Source of the DNA: an uncultured virus (IMG/VR IMGVR_UViG_3300029288_000003)
Lineage: Duplodnaviria; Heunggongvirae; Uroviricota; Caudoviricetes
IMG/VR virus record: IMGVR_UViG_3300029288_000003
Direction: 5' to 3' (one strand)
Length of the DNA stretch: 64,000 bases
The position numbers and the translations under genes are program-made. The notes under the pieces were generated by a model. It worked only from the letters and a program-made list of their open reading frames with translations, ran no database searches and had not been told where the DNA came from. Positions 19,750 to 30,890 of the stretch are shown here, piece by piece. The number at the start of each line of letters is the position of its first letter. Positions within the stretch are counted from its first letter, which is position 1.

Positions 19750-20562
19750 ATGTCTTTAAATATATTCCGGTATCCTGGTGGCAAATCAAAAGCAAGTATT
19801 CGAGATTGGATACTGTCTCAGATGCCAGATGACACCTTAGAATACCGAGAACCGTTTGTTGGTGGTGGTGGAATTTTCTTTGCTGTTCCACAGCATTTAC
19901 GACGCTGGATAAATGATATTCATCCGGGTTTAATTGCAGTTTATAAAGCATTAAAACGAAATGACGGATTTATTGAATCGTGTAAGCGAATTAAGGCGGC
20001 ACAACCAACTGAACCTTTGAATGGCAGGTATAATGCACGACTAGGAAGAGTTTTTGATCGGTTCAAAGCTAATGAGCAAATGGATCAAGCCCTTCGATAC
20101 TTTTTTCTAAATAGAACAGTTTTCGCCGGACGAGTGAATTATGCGATTCCATCCCGGCTTTATTATAGTCATCCAGATGGTTGGAATATTGTCAATACGA
20201 CAAAATTAGAACAAGCATCTGATTGCTTACAACACGTTAAAATTACCTGCCGTGATTATGCTCATTTATTAAGTACGCCGGGGGAAAAAGTCTGGGTATA
20301 CATTGACCCTCCGTATGTTGTCAATACAAATTTAACTGCATCTTCTCAATTATACCAGTATAATTTTACTCTCGACGATCATAGACTGCTGGCAACACGG
20401 ATTCGAGATTGTCAGCATCGTGTATGTGTAAGCTATGACGATCATCCATTGATTAGAGAACTATATAAAGATTTTCGTATTTTGAATCATTTGAATACAA
20501 ACTGCGGAACAACAAATAGTACCAAACAACGAGTAACAGAACTTTTAATTTTGAACTACTAG
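19750..20562 (+). CDS. D12-class (Dam-like) DNA adenine methyltransferase
   Basis: RYPGGKS, EPFVGGG, INDI, YIDPPY, ELLILNY. Confidence 0.9.
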   Translation: MSLNIFRYPGGKSKASIRDWILSQMPDDTLEYREPFVGGGGIFFAVPQHLRRWINDIHPGLIAVYKALKRNDGFIESCKRIKAAQPTEPLNGRYNARLGRVFDRFKANEQMDQALRYFFLNRTVFAGRVNYAIPSRLYYSHPDGWNIVNTTKLEQASDCLQHVKITCRDYAHLLSTPGEKVWVYIDPPYVVNTNLTASSQLYQYNFTLDDHRLLATRIRDCQHRVCVSYDDHPLIRELYKDFRILNHLNTNCGTTNSTKQRVTELLILNY

Positions 20563-21169
20563 AGGAGATTGATGATGGACTCGGTTAAATTGCACATGGG
20601 TAAAAGTTTAGACGATAGATACCAATTTCAACCTTGGTATATCAAGTTGTATCGTCAATTACGATGGGGTCCACAATATTGGCTGTTAGCTTGCTATATC
20701 ATTATCAAATGGTTTATAACTTTTCGTGGCCAGATTCCACAAGAAGAACGCGATTGGTTTGTCAGTCGGTGTGATTATGTGAAGCATCTTTGGCGATTAG
20801 TGGCTTCATTAGGGTCGATGAAAATGAAGCATTATTACACATTAGATGAAGTAATGGAAAATTGCAAGAGGAAAATTCAATGTCTGAATTCAAAGTAGAA
20901 GGTTTACCTGATTTAGAAAAGTTACGTAATAAAGAAGTAACATGGACCCCTCCACATTCTTTAGAGGAGTTTCTTGATTTGGTAAGCATGGTAATTGAAA
21001 CTAGCAAGTATACAGATTCTTTTATGGACGGAAGCGAGCAGACACTTGAAAATTTGCGGGCATTTGTTCAGGTTAAGGCCAACAGAATTAAAATGCACCC
21101 GGATGTAGAAGAGTGTATTGATGTAGCAGCTTATGCTTACATGGTTTATCATATTCTTATGGAGAAGTC

Positions 21170-21547
21170 ATGCAGGGTTGGATCGGAGTAGATTTAGATG
21201 GTACGCTGGCTCATTGGGATCATTGGCATGAAGCCGGTATAATTGGTAAGCCTATTGAACCAATGGTCGAGCGGGTTCGTAAATGGCTTGCCGAAGGTAA
21301 GGCCGTGCGAATTTTTACCGCAAGAGCCGATGAAAATGAAGCTGGTTATAAGACAAACATGATCGGCATTAGACTTTGGTGCCAAGATGTATTTGGGCAA
21401 GTCTTACCTATTACAAATAAAAAAGACAGGTGGATGATAGAATTGTGGGATGACAGATGTATTCAAGTTGGTTTAAATACGGGACAACCAGTTGTACCTT
21501 ATCTTGAAGGGCAGTGTCGTGAACCTGATAGGGATATGCCTCATTAG
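21170..21547 (+). CDS. HAD-superfamily phosphatase (PNK 3'-phosphatase-like)
   Basis: VDLDGTL, FTAR, K...WDD. Confidence 0.75.
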   Translation: MQGWIGVDLDGTLAHWDHWHEAGIIGKPIEPMVERVRKWLAEGKAVRIFTARADENEAGYKTNMIGIRLWCQDVFGQVLPITNKKDRWMIELWDDRCIQVGLNTGQPVVPYLEGQCREPDRDMPH

Positions 21548-22208
21548 TGCGATTGTAGCCCAACCAATTGTTCGTGTTGAATCAATTGAACGTGGGTCTA
21601 CTTCTTGGGGCACAGGGACGTGCGTTGCCAGTACAAATGAGTCATTGATTATTACAGCGTGGCATGTTATTAGAGACGGGCATGAATTTAAAGTCAATGG
21701 AAAACCTGCAAAGTTAATCAAAGCCGACAAGACATGGGACTTGGCGGCTTTGATTATTGATGAACGAATGCCAACTTTTAATATTGGAAACCACCGGCCT
21801 AAAATTGGCGAAACATTGATGGTTTGTGGATATGGAAGTGGTGATTACCGGGAATCAAAAGGTCAAATAACGCAGTATGTTAGCCCTAATAGTGTGCAAC
21901 CTGCCGATATTATAGAATGCACGGCAAAAGCACGAAATGGAGACTCTGGCGGGCCAATTTTTGATACACATGGCATATTAGTTGCAGTATTATTTGGCAC
22001 AGATCAAGTTGGTGCGCATGGAAGTTGTTGTATACAAGTACGTAAGTTTATAGAAAGTTTAACAATTGATGTGAGGCTAAAACAACAGGCTCTTATTATT
22101 CCGTATGTATTTTATGATAAAACCAAAATCCGCTCAAGAAATAATGGCAGACGCCGGTGTAGTAAATATGTTACAAGGACGGCATTTAACTTTGAGGTTG
22201 TTCAATGA
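21492..22208 (+). CDS. secreted trypsin-like serine protease (start uncertain)
   Basis: TAWHV, DLA, GDSGGP catalytic triad motifs. Confidence 0.85.
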   Translation: MYLILKGSVVNLIGICLISAIVAQPIVRVESIERGSTSWGTGTCVASTNESLIITAWHVIRDGHEFKVNGKPAKLIKADKTWDLAALIIDERMPTFNIGNHRPKIGETLMVCGYGSGDYRESKGQITQYVSPNSVQPADIIECTAKARNGDSGGPIFDTHGILVAVLFGTDQVGAHGSCCIQVRKFIESLTIDVRLKQQALIIPYVFYDKTKIRSRNNGRRRCSKYVTRTAFNFEVVQ

Positions 22209-22512
22209 ATTCAGACTTTTTAGCCGCGCGGCTACGAAAACAGGTCGGACTAGAATGGGAGGATGCAATAGTTTGGATAACAAAGGTAGAGAAGGTAACA
22301 GAGAAACAGGTAGTTTGTAAAAATCGTACACGTAAGCCAGGTAAAAAGAATATTGTCGGTTATTCTACTCTTATGAATGAATCACCTAACAACGGTCATG
22401 CCGGTTGTTTTAATCGTAGGGTTTTTATCGAAGATGCCAATGGCATTGCACCAGAAGCGGCGTTCCCTGGCGTACCTCTTGACAAGTGCCGATAGTATGG
22501 TAGAATATAAGT

Positions 22513-22935
22513 ATGGAAGAAACCTTGACAAAAACTTTAGAAGTCGATATTCAAAACCTGATAATGGCTTTTGAAGCCCTGTCAACTGGTAAAACTTTAG
22601 ATGATGCGTATTTGCTCGTCGAAGATTTAGGTTATAAGGACCGAATTATTCTTGTCGGGCATAAAGGTATTACCACTCTTTCGAGGGTCTGTACTGAGCC
22701 AGATTGGGCAAAGCAGCCAATGGAGAAGGTTATCATTAAATTCAAAGGTGGCCCTGGGCCTGAAATTTGTGGCCATTCAATTTTTACTGCGAGTGTGCGG
22801 GCGTATGTTGTGGACCGACTAATTAAGACTGTAATGGCAAGCGGAGTAGAACCGGCTTTAGAAGCCATTAAGGTTATTTGGGGCATTAACGTGAAGTGCG
22901 GAGCATCAATAGATGATCCGGTATTATCAAACTGA
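22513..22935 (+). CDS. divergent GGPP-family paralog 8
   Basis: LDDAYLLVEDLG and IKFKGGPG...S...YVVDRL; leaderless promoter 22479-22506. Confidence 0.55.
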   Translation: MEETLTKTLEVDIQNLIMAFEALSTGKTLDDAYLLVEDLGYKDRIILVGHKGITTLSRVCTEPDWAKQPMEKVIIKFKGGPGPEICGHSIFTASVRAYVVDRLIKTVMASGVEPALEAIKVIWGINVKCGASIDDPVLSN

Positions 22936-23311
22936 TAAAGGTTATGTTGCGACTGATAGCAGTGTACGTTTACGTGCGAATGATTCGTCCGTCGGCAATG
23001 CTGTGGTTTTCGGGCGCGGCCCGACTGTGGGTTGGGATATTAGCTCGATTACCGACCAAGTTTTTGTCCCCAAGTCGCTTGGGGTAGAAGTGGAGGCCGA
23101 TAGCGTACCTCAAGAGTGGCAAGATGCTTTGGGGTTAGCTACTGTGAAAAGTCCTGTCAAGACGGGTGGTTTGTCTCACTCAAGCGGGCTGCCCGACCTA
23201 ACAAAGCAAGACGCCGAGCAGGATAGAGGACCGGATCAGGTGGCAAGATTTTTGATGTTTGCGGCGGGCGTTTTTGTAGGTCTAGTATTGGCTTACTATT
23301 TTACAATCTGA
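22913..23311 (+). CDS. hypothetical protein with C-terminal TM
   Basis: hydrophobic C-terminus. Confidence 0.55.
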   Translation: MIRYYQTDKGYVATDSSVRLRANDSSVGNAVVFGRGPTVGWDISSITDQVFVPKSLGVEVEADSVPQEWQDALGLATVKSPVKTGGLSHSSGLPDLTKQDAEQDRGPDQVARFLMFAAGVFVGLVLAYYFTI

Positions 23312-23392
23312 ATAGTAGTTGTGGAGAAAACTACTTCTGTGACGTGATGTGAGTGGCGGCGGCTGCGGAGCATGACATGGATACCCGCCGAT

Positions 23393-23476
23393 GGGAGAAT
23401 TGAGCATTGGCAGGCTCAACTGACTGTAAATCAGCCTACCCAAAAGGTACTGTAGGTTCAACTCCTGCTTCTCCCA
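23393..23476 (+). tRNA. tRNA-Tyr(GTA)
   Basis: GGGAGAA/TTCTCCC acceptor, CTGA-CTGTAAA-TCAG, long variable arm, GGTTCAACTCC; no encoded CCA. Confidence 0.9.
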
Positions 23477-23498
23477 CTTTAACCATAGGAGCATTTAT

Positions 23499-23861
23499 AT
23501 GGAAAAATTGATTGTCCTGATTTTGATTTTCATTGTGAGTCTTGTAGGTTTTATGATTACTGACGCTGCATTTAGCACGTCAGAAACCACTCAAGGTGTT
23601 GTGTTGGAAAAGGTTTATTCTCCTGCAACAACTGGCACGGGAGTTGGTGTAGCCGCAGGCGGAAAGACAATAACGCCAGTAGTTGTGGTTACTTCTTCGG
23701 CAGAAGATTTTGTAGTTTTGGTGAAATGCCCGTATGGCACTTTTTCTAGCCATACTACTGCCGGTATCTATGGAAGTGTCGATAAGGGCGTTATTGTTAC
23801 TTTAATTGTTAATAGGGGTTATTGGACAAACGGTATTTGGTGTGTAAAAATTGCAATGTAG
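23499..23861 (+). CDS. membrane-anchored hypothetical protein
   Basis: AGGAG SD; N-terminal TM. Confidence 0.6.
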   Translation: MEKLIVLILIFIVSLVGFMITDAAFSTSETTQGVVLEKVYSPATTGTGVGVAAGGKTITPVVVVTSSAEDFVVLVKCPYGTFSSHTTAGIYGSVDKGVIVTLIVNRGYWTNGIWCVKIAM

Positions 23862-23923
23862 CTCAATGGTAGAGCGCCTGCCTGTTAAGCAGTGGGTTGG
23901 AGGTTCGAGTCCTCCCGTTGCAG
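23852..23923 (+). tRNA. tRNA-Asn(GTT)
   Basis: TGCAATG/CGTTGCA, loop CTGTTAA, GGTTCGAGTCC. Confidence 0.92.
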
Positions 23924-23925
23924 CT

Positions 23926-23998
23926 AGGCCCGTAGCTCAGTGGTTAGAGCAGGGGCCTTATAAGCCCAAGGTCGCAGGTTCGATTCCTGCCGGGCCTA
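23926..23998 (+). tRNA. tRNA-Ile(TAT)
   Basis: AGGCCCG/CGGGCCT, loop CTTATAA, GGTTCGATTCC. Confidence 0.9.
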
Positions 23999-24009
23999 CT
24001 AGGAGATTT

Positions 24010-24234
24010 ATGATGTATTACATGCTTGAAAGATTTGCTTTTCCATATTGGATTTCTATGGGAATTATCTTGCAAGGTGATTTTCGTAAACACATGGTTG
24101 TGTTAGAGACATTTCGTAACTTGCATCCTGAAACGGATTTTCGTGCAAAACGTATTAGCGACAAAGCTGCTATGATTTTTGCCGCTCGTGGAATGACTAT
24201 TATGACCGCCCCAGATGTATTAAAAAATGTCTAA
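24010..24234 (+). CDS. hypothetical protein
   Basis: AGGAGA SD just after tRNA; start reassigned. Confidence 0.55.
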   Translation: MMYYMLERFAFPYWISMGIILQGDFRKHMVVLETFRNLHPETDFRAKRISDKAAMIFAARGMTIMTAPDVLKNV

Positions 24235-25024
24235 AATTAGGAAGGTAAAAAAGTCGTATTGACTCATGTTTAGAACGCCGCGATTACTGCTGGAAGCACA
24301 TAACGCGGACGGCTGGAAGCCAGTTAGAATTTACTGTAATTTCAAGTCAGTTCGCTTGATGCTAAATGTTTTACCACGTATTGCACAGGCATACGGCGGT
24401 ATTGATAATGTGCGTGTAAAATATTTAGCAACACACGAACAAATTGCAGAAGCAAAATTAGCTATTGATAGGCAAAATAGACCATGACAGAACATATAAA
24501 TAAGTGGCAAGTATCGAATGAGAAAATGACGGTATTGGTGCAAACTAGAAACGGTATTATTACAAACGCCGCGCCCGTTGTTCAAATTTTTATTGGTCAG
24601 CCATTAGATAATTTGGCAGTTTGGATGAGTAAAATGGGGTCAACAACTATTACCCCTTTAGAAGGGCATATATGCTAAAACGAATTGTGTTTGGCACGAT
24701 ATTTGCTTATTTGATTCTAGGTTTGCCGGTATTGGCAATGGGGTTTATTTTTCCAGCGGCAGCCGGTGCCCCATTATGGCAAGCTATTTTATTTGCTATT
24801 TTTGCTTGGTTGCTGTGGCCATTTATTATTACAGGAACTTTTTGTGGTTGACGATATTGTTGATTGCATTATAATGTGGATTGTTGTAATCATAGTCGCT
24901 ATAGGCGCTATTGGATCAGTAATTGGATGGGCGCTCTTGTATCTTGTGTATGCCATTGCAGTAGCCGGTGTTTATGGGCTGGCCTATTGTATTTTACCAT
25001 TTGTCTGGTTACGGAGAAAAATAA

Positions 25025-25603
25025 ATGCGTTACGTGAGTCTTGATATAGAAACAACGGGCTTGGGTGATAATTGTCAGATTCTACAATTAGCTGCCGTAC
25101 TTGATGATACAAACAAGCTACTGACTGATTCTCTGACGTTTAATGCTTTGGTGTATGATTATTGGTATGGCGGTGAACCTTTTGCTTTAGCCTTGAATCA
25201 TAAGATTTTTGAAACTTTGTCTAAATGTAAGCCGGGCGATATTTCAGTTCACAATGGTAAGACAGTTTTGATTCTGGAACCGCATACATTGATTCCCGCA
25301 TTTAGTCTCTGGTTGAAGGAAATTGGAGAAGAAAAGATTTTACTTGCAGGTAAGAATGTTGCCAGTTTTGATCTTCGTTTTCTAAAGAACATGGAGGGCT
25401 GGTCAGACGTTAAGCATCATTACCGTTTTCTCGATCCTGGTAATCTTTTCCTATTACCAACTGACACCATTCCACCAAGTACCGATGAATGTTTGAAACG
25501 GGCTGGGATTAAGAAGGAAGTATCTCACGACGCTTTAGATGATGCGTATGATGTTTGTATGCTAATTCGTAATTGGATTTGTAGACAGGAACAATTACGA
25601 TGA
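25025..25603 (+). CDS. DEDDh 3'-5' exonuclease (DnaQ/oligoribonuclease-like)
   Basis: LDIETTG, GKNVASFD, HDALDD. Confidence 0.85.
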   Translation: MRYVSLDIETTGLGDNCQILQLAAVLDDTNKLLTDSLTFNALVYDYWYGGEPFALALNHKIFETLSKCKPGDISVHNGKTVLILEPHTLIPAFSLWLKEIGEEKILLAGKNVASFDLRFLKNMEGWSDVKHHYRFLDPGNLFLLPTDTIPPSTDECLKRAGIKKEVSHDALDDAYDVCMLIRNWICRQEQLR

Positions 25604-25984
25604 CGAGTATATTTGAATTATATGGATTGATTACAGAAGGCAAATTAAGTAGGATTAGAAAGTGTGTCGGAATAGATCGGACTGGGCGTAAAAAATATGA
25701 AGAAGTCTGTATTAGCACAACCGAAGAATATGCCCGTCTTATTATAACTTTATTAAATCAATCTATTGATGACACATTTGACGGGACACCCGGCGCTCAT
25801 CCGGCATATTGGCGCGGTCAAGATGATGCTCTTGCGGCAATATGCCTCAAAATAAATCAAATTCTTGATGGTAAAGATGATGGGCGCGGCGTTGCCAATG
25901 AACCGTGGGAATCTGTGCGGCGTCGATTATTGAATTTGACAGAAGCCTATAATCTATACCTTCATTGTAGAACTAGGTCATAGC

Positions 25985-26401
25985 ATGGACTACCTAAAAC
26001 ACGCAATTGAACTAGCCCGAAATAGTAAGGGTGGACCATTTGGAGCCTGCTTAGTTAAAGCCGGAGTGTTAGTAGAGGGTCAAAATGAGGTTGTGCCTAC
26101 ACATGACCCTACGGCACATGCAGAAATTGTGGCTATTCGCAAAGCCTGTGCGGCTATTGGTAGCCATGATTTGAGTGAATGGACTTTGTATTCGAGTTGT
26201 GAACCATGTCCCATGTGTCTTGGAGCAATTCAATGGGCGCGTATCAAAAAGGTTGTGTATGCGGCGACTCGGTTTGATGCTCAGGAAGTTGGTTTTGACG
26301 ATGTGGCTTTTTATGGTCGGCCTACAATTAGTATTGAACAAGGTAATCTTTGGAAAGAGGCTCGTGAAATGATGCTATCGTGGAAAGGACAAATATACTA
26401 A
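25985..26401 (+). CDS. cytidine-deaminase-fold nucleobase deaminase (guanine deaminase-like)
   Basis: GGPFGA, DPTAHAE, CEPCPMC, GFDD. Confidence 0.85.
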   Translation: MDYLKHAIELARNSKGGPFGACLVKAGVLVEGQNEVVPTHDPTAHAEIVAIRKACAAIGSHDLSEWTLYSSCEPCPMCLGAIQWARIKKVVYAATRFDAQEVGFDDVAFYGRPTISIEQGNLWKEAREMMLSWKGQIY

Positions 26402-26724
26402 TGTGGACGCCAGAAATTGAAAGTATGTGGAAGTCTCGGTTTGAATTTATGAAGCATCCTGACTGGGCGTTCCATGATTTTGTAACAATGTGTTCGGAGC
26501 AGGAGGCTTTGCAAGATTTAGAATTGGCAATTGCCGAGATTGAGAGGCTTCGTGAAACCAGTAAAACGTGATGATGGTTGGTGGGTCACAGAAATACCAG
26601 ATTGCGATGATTGTGGCCCTTATGCTACTAAAGCGGACGCTGAGGACACTAGACGTGGATTACAGCGAACTTTTGACAACATGGATGATTGGAGTTTTTG
26701 GACCTCTGAACCGGAGCCTAAGAA

Positions 26725-27693
26725 ATGTTAAGATTAGCGCATAGAATACTGAGTCAAAGGAAAAATCAATTACCAGATGCCTATAAACCTGAAATGAAGG
26801 AAGTTGTCGGAGGTATCTGGAACTCAACCCAAAAAGTTTTAACCGATGGGCAACCAATTATTATTGCCGATAACATTGCAGAGTATGTAAATAATCTATA
26901 TGCTGACACTGCTACGGCACCTACATCATATCATATTTTTCCACCCTGCCCGCCGCCATTTAAATCATTTTTTATTGAATGGAATTGTCCACCTGGAATC
27001 AGGTATCCAGGGACTCGAACTTTTAGAGAACATGGCTATGTACAAGTTGGTTGTCAAATTGAAACCTTCGACTCTCGAAAAAATTCAAGAGTTGAATTGG
27101 ATGATCTTAGAAAAACTATGGTTGATGATAAACTTATAAATATATTTGATTCCATTGACTGGCGGTGGTTTTTAATTGGAATAAGTTTTGCATGTTTACG
27201 TGATGGTCGTGCTGTTCCAGTTGAATTTACTGAAATTTTCCTAGATGAAGATGGTAATTATATGCAGGCATTGGGATATAGTTTATTTGAATTTTGCAGA
27301 AATGAATCTACTCCAATGTTATATGCAGAAGCAATCGTAATGCAAACTCTTGCATTTATGCAATGCAAAAATGTAAATACTATTGATGTTACTGAATCCG
27401 AGGGGCCAGAACGTCGTTGGTGTCGCCGACAACGTGTTCCTGAATTAAAATATCAAATGTTGCAGATTGATCCTAATTCAACCCGAACTTTGCGTCGAGG
27501 TCAATCCGAATCAAATGAATCAAATAGAGCCTTTCACATTTGTCGTGGGCATTTTGCTCACTATGAAGATGATGGTGTAAGCAAGGGTCTCTTTGGTCAA
27601 GGACGTTATGGAACATTTTGGATTCCATCCCACATACGCGGTTCGCTGGAGAATGGTCGAATAATTAACACTTATAACGTCTTAGCGCCGTGA
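26725..27693 (+). CDS. conserved-looking phage hypothetical protein
   Basis: 322 aa; C-terminal HICRGHF...FWIPSHIRG motif. Confidence 0.6.
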   Translation: MLRLAHRILSQRKNQLPDAYKPEMKEVVGGIWNSTQKVLTDGQPIIIADNIAEYVNNLYADTATAPTSYHIFPPCPPPFKSFFIEWNCPPGIRYPGTRTFREHGYVQVGCQIETFDSRKNSRVELDDLRKTMVDDKLINIFDSIDWRWFLIGISFACLRDGRAVPVEFTEIFLDEDGNYMQALGYSLFEFCRNESTPMLYAEAIVMQTLAFMQCKNVNTIDVTESEGPERRWCRRQRVPELKYQMLQIDPNSTRTLRRGQSESNESNRAFHICRGHFAHYEDDGVSKGLFGQGRYGTFWIPSHIRGSLENGRIINTYNVLAP

Positions 27694-28578
27694 TTATACT
27701 TGTATCGAGACTACTAAAAAGATGGTTGACTAAAACCTATTGGTTTCGTGTACATTTTGTATGGCAAAAGAAAGTTTGGATAGGGAATCTGTGGGTAACA
27801 AACGCTGATGAAGCCGCCGCAATACTATCCGAAAAAGCAGTACGTATCAAGTTAATTGAAAATAGGGGCAAAGAGCGGAATCCTTATATTTTTCGAGCAG
27901 GAATTGCTTGGCAGTTGGAGGACTCATCAATTTGGGTTAGTATACAATGATTACAATTGAAGGCAAGAAATATAAAGTAGTTGAATCACTCGGCTATAAC
28001 CACGATGCTGGCACGTATGGCAAAGTTGTTTTAGTCGATGGTAAAGAACGAATTGCCGTAGGCACAAGAGGATGTTGGAAATTTTGGGAGCCACAGCTTA
28101 GACCAGGAAGTAAAGTAACAGGAGCATAATATGCCACGATTCACAAATTTTTATATATGCTGGAAGGGTGTGGATAATTTTGAAGCTACAAAGCATCTTG
28201 ACCGAGCTATAGCTTCTACACAGATTAAGGTTGCGAGTCGAATTGATACGTATAAGGAAGAAGGCGATATAAAAACACTTGATGCTTTGATTGAACACGC
28301 GCCTGATTGTCAATGTGAGGAATGCACAGGACAGCCTGTACCACCTTATATTGTTCCAATTGATCCGCTTGATTATTACAAGTCTATTATACGAAATGGT
28401 AGCGGTATGATTACCCTGCCACAAGGATTAGGAGTGATGGTTGGAAACGATGCTACTAAAGCACCAGCCGGTTGGTTGTTTGTTGATATTAAAGATTTGA
28501 CACCCGAAGCATTAAAAGAGTATATTGATGCTGTTCGTGATGGGCGTCAAGCATGGCCTAAAAACTGAGGAGATAAAA

Positions 28579-29211
28579 ATGCGGAATGATTTGACGGATG
28601 TGACATTGGTTATTGATCGTAGTGGTTCAATGGCGAGCCGTAAAAAGGATGCTGAGGGTGGTATTAACACTTTTGTTAATGAACAGAAGAAACAGCCCGG
28701 AGAGTGTTTACTTTCATTGGTACAATTTGACACAGATTACGAGTTTGTTCATCGTGGTATCAAGATTCAGGACGTACCAGCTTATACCTTAGTACCACGA
28801 GGTTGGACTGCATTACTGGATGCTGTTGGTCGGGCGATCAATGAAACAGGGGATCGTTTGGCGGCAATGCCAGAAGATCAACGTCCTGGGTTAGTCATTG
28901 TAGCAATCGTAACCGACGGTGAAGAAAACAGTAGCCGTGAGTTTACAAAGGCTCAAATTAAGCAAATGGTTGAGCGGCAGACCAATGAGTATTCGTGGCA
29001 ATTTACTTTCTTGGGTGCAAATCAAGACGCATTTGCTGAGGCGCGACAACTTGGTATTTCGCGTGTTGGTACGTGTGACTATAATCCACAGAATTCAGTG
29101 CAAGCATATCGAGCCTTGTCTGATAATGTGTCACGTATGCGAACGGCTAGCGCACAAGGAACCGAAGTTATGTGCTGTTACACTGAGGATGAACGAAAGG
29201 CAATGTCCTAA
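28579..29211 (+). CDS. vWA-domain protein
   Basis: DRSGSM MIDAS, TALLDA, TDGEENSS, FLGANQDA. Confidence 0.85.
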   Translation: MRNDLTDVTLVIDRSGSMASRKKDAEGGINTFVNEQKKQPGECLLSLVQFDTDYEFVHRGIKIQDVPAYTLVPRGWTALLDAVGRAINETGDRLAAMPEDQRPGLVIVAIVTDGEENSSREFTKAQIKQMVERQTNEYSWQFTFLGANQDAFAEARQLGISRVGTCDYNPQNSVQAYRALSDNVSRMRTASAQGTEVMCCYTEDERKAMS

Positions 29212-29212
29212 A

Positions 29213-29737
29213 ATGCTTCCGCATTTGTTACTAATATGTTGTTGCTGCTTAATGCCTGTTCGTGATGGAAGTATCATATTTTGGCAAGACGGTTTTCTTG
29301 TTAAGCCAATTATGAAAAATACGGGCAGCAACATCGTGCATGTTGCGATTGTACTCTATGAAAATGATGGCCCTTATGTCTATGAAGCCACTTGGCCGCG
29401 TGTACGTAAAATGCCATTAGCAGATTATTTACAACTCTTAGCCGATAAGCGATTTAAGCATGTTCCATCAAAACGCGGGTTTCGTTGGTTTATGATGCAG
29501 CCACGCGAGGAATATACACCTAAGCAACTTGAATCAATGAAGCAATATGCACGGTCACAATTGGGGCGCCGATATATGATGCGTGGATGGTGGAAGAATA
29601 AAGAAGTCCGAGGAATCATGTGTTCGCAATTTGTTGGTAATTGTATTGAAAAATCGGGCAAAATCAAATCGGCTAATTTTAAAGAATCACCTGTTAGTTT
29701 AAAAGAAAAAGTGGAGACGTTTTATGAAGGGAACTAA
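29213..29737 (+). CDS. permuted papain-like NlpC/P60 (YiiX-like) enzyme
   Basis: Signal-like N-terminus; HVAI...YEA...LGRRY...MCSQFV. Confidence 0.7.
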   Translation: MLPHLLLICCCCLMPVRDGSIIFWQDGFLVKPIMKNTGSNIVHVAIVLYENDGPYVYEATWPRVRKMPLADYLQLLADKRFKHVPSKRGFRWFMMQPREEYTPKQLESMKQYARSQLGRRYMMRGWWKNKEVRGIMCSQFVGNCIEKSGKIKSANFKESPVSLKEKVETFYEGN

Positions 29738-30410
29738 GAAACAATCGGCATTATTACAAGTAGCCGAGCTAACGTGTGGCGCGGCTTTTGTTGCCGGGGC
29801 TTTTATTGCATGGCGTAGCTATGATTTACCAGGACTGTTTGCAATTATTGCTGCTGGTATAGGAGTAAGTATGTTAGCTCATGTTTTTGGAGTTGAATTA
29901 TGAATTATGAGTGGTGGGACGTAGGCGAAGAACAACTGTTGCGGGGAGCCTTTCCTAATTTTGGAAAAACCTCGACCTCGAAAATAATGCAGGCTCTAAT
30001 TCAGTTGGATGGACAAATGACTAGCTCGATTGTTTTTGGTGACAATAATATGCGGGCAGCAAGTCGTAGTGTAGTCTATCGCATTGCTTTACCGGAGGGT
30101 AAGCGGAGTGAATTTGAACAATTAACAGGCTACGCCTGTTCGTTGCCGCGAAAGGTGCATGTGAACTAATTATGTCTAAGTCGCTTCAAGATAAATTTTT
30201 AGTTTTTGATGATGCTGGAAATCTTAAAGATGATGGCATTTATCGGGCTGAGACTATATTAAAAGAAGCCGGAGCAACGATAGAAAGAGGACTTATTTTT
30301 GCCCCCTGTCAGTGGGATTTTGACAGGCACACGCAGGGGGATATGTTTGATGCTTTGGATTGGCTTTGCGATGAGTGGGATTATTCGTTTATTCCCTATG
30401 AGGATTTTTA

Positions 30411-30498
30411 GGAAGGGAGCCGAATACGGTTGGTCGGGCCGGTTTGCTAAACCGTGCGACCCTTCGGGGTCATGCGGGTTCAAATCCCGCCCCTTCCG
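30411..30498 (+). tRNA. tRNA-Ser(GCT)
   Basis: GGAAGGG/CCCTTCC, loop TTGCTAA, long variable arm, GGTTCAAATCC. Confidence 0.9.
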
Positions 30499-30533
30499 CT
30501 TGACAAATCAAAATTGTATGATATGATTAAGAT

Positions 30534-30890
30534 ATGCTAAAGGCAATTAGATTTGACTTGCGATTGAATCTTCTTAAAGTGCATGTTGGTGTGCGCATAC
30601 GTCCGCTTATACGATCATGGAAGTGGTTTCCGTATGGTTTGATCCCTACTTGTTTGTGGTTGGGGCCAATAGAGTTTACAGTTTTTGCAGGGAAATACGC
30701 CAAGTGGCTTGATTTTTCATGCTCGGTGGATTTTGATTTGAAGGAAGAGGGTATTTCATTCCGATTTAATCCATTTTGGTGGGAATTAGGAACAACTTTT
30801 TCATTAGACGGTATGAATGGGTATTTTACTGCCTATCCAAAATGTGGCCCCCTTCATATTTACGCATACAAATGGCTAGAACGTGTATGA
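30534..30890 (+). CDS. hypothetical protein (leaderless)
   Basis: Promoter 30500-30527, ATG 6 nt after -10. Confidence 0.55.
   Translation: MLKAIRFDLRLNLLKVHVGVRIRPLIRSWKWFPYGLIPTCLWLGPIEFTVFAGKYAKWLDFSCSVDFDLKEEGISFRFNPFWWELGTTFSLDGMNGYFTAYPKCGPLHIYAYKWLERV

Noticed and set aside
23851..24009. 5' part of ORF 23851-24234 and similar ORFs over tRNAs or tmRNA
   Set aside because: Translations of RNA genes; SD-led starts lie downstream
30464..30473. TCGGGGTCAT inside the tRNA-Ser variable arm as a motif copy
   Set aside because: Explained by a GACCC-TTCG-GGGTC hairpin and lacks the TTR prefix
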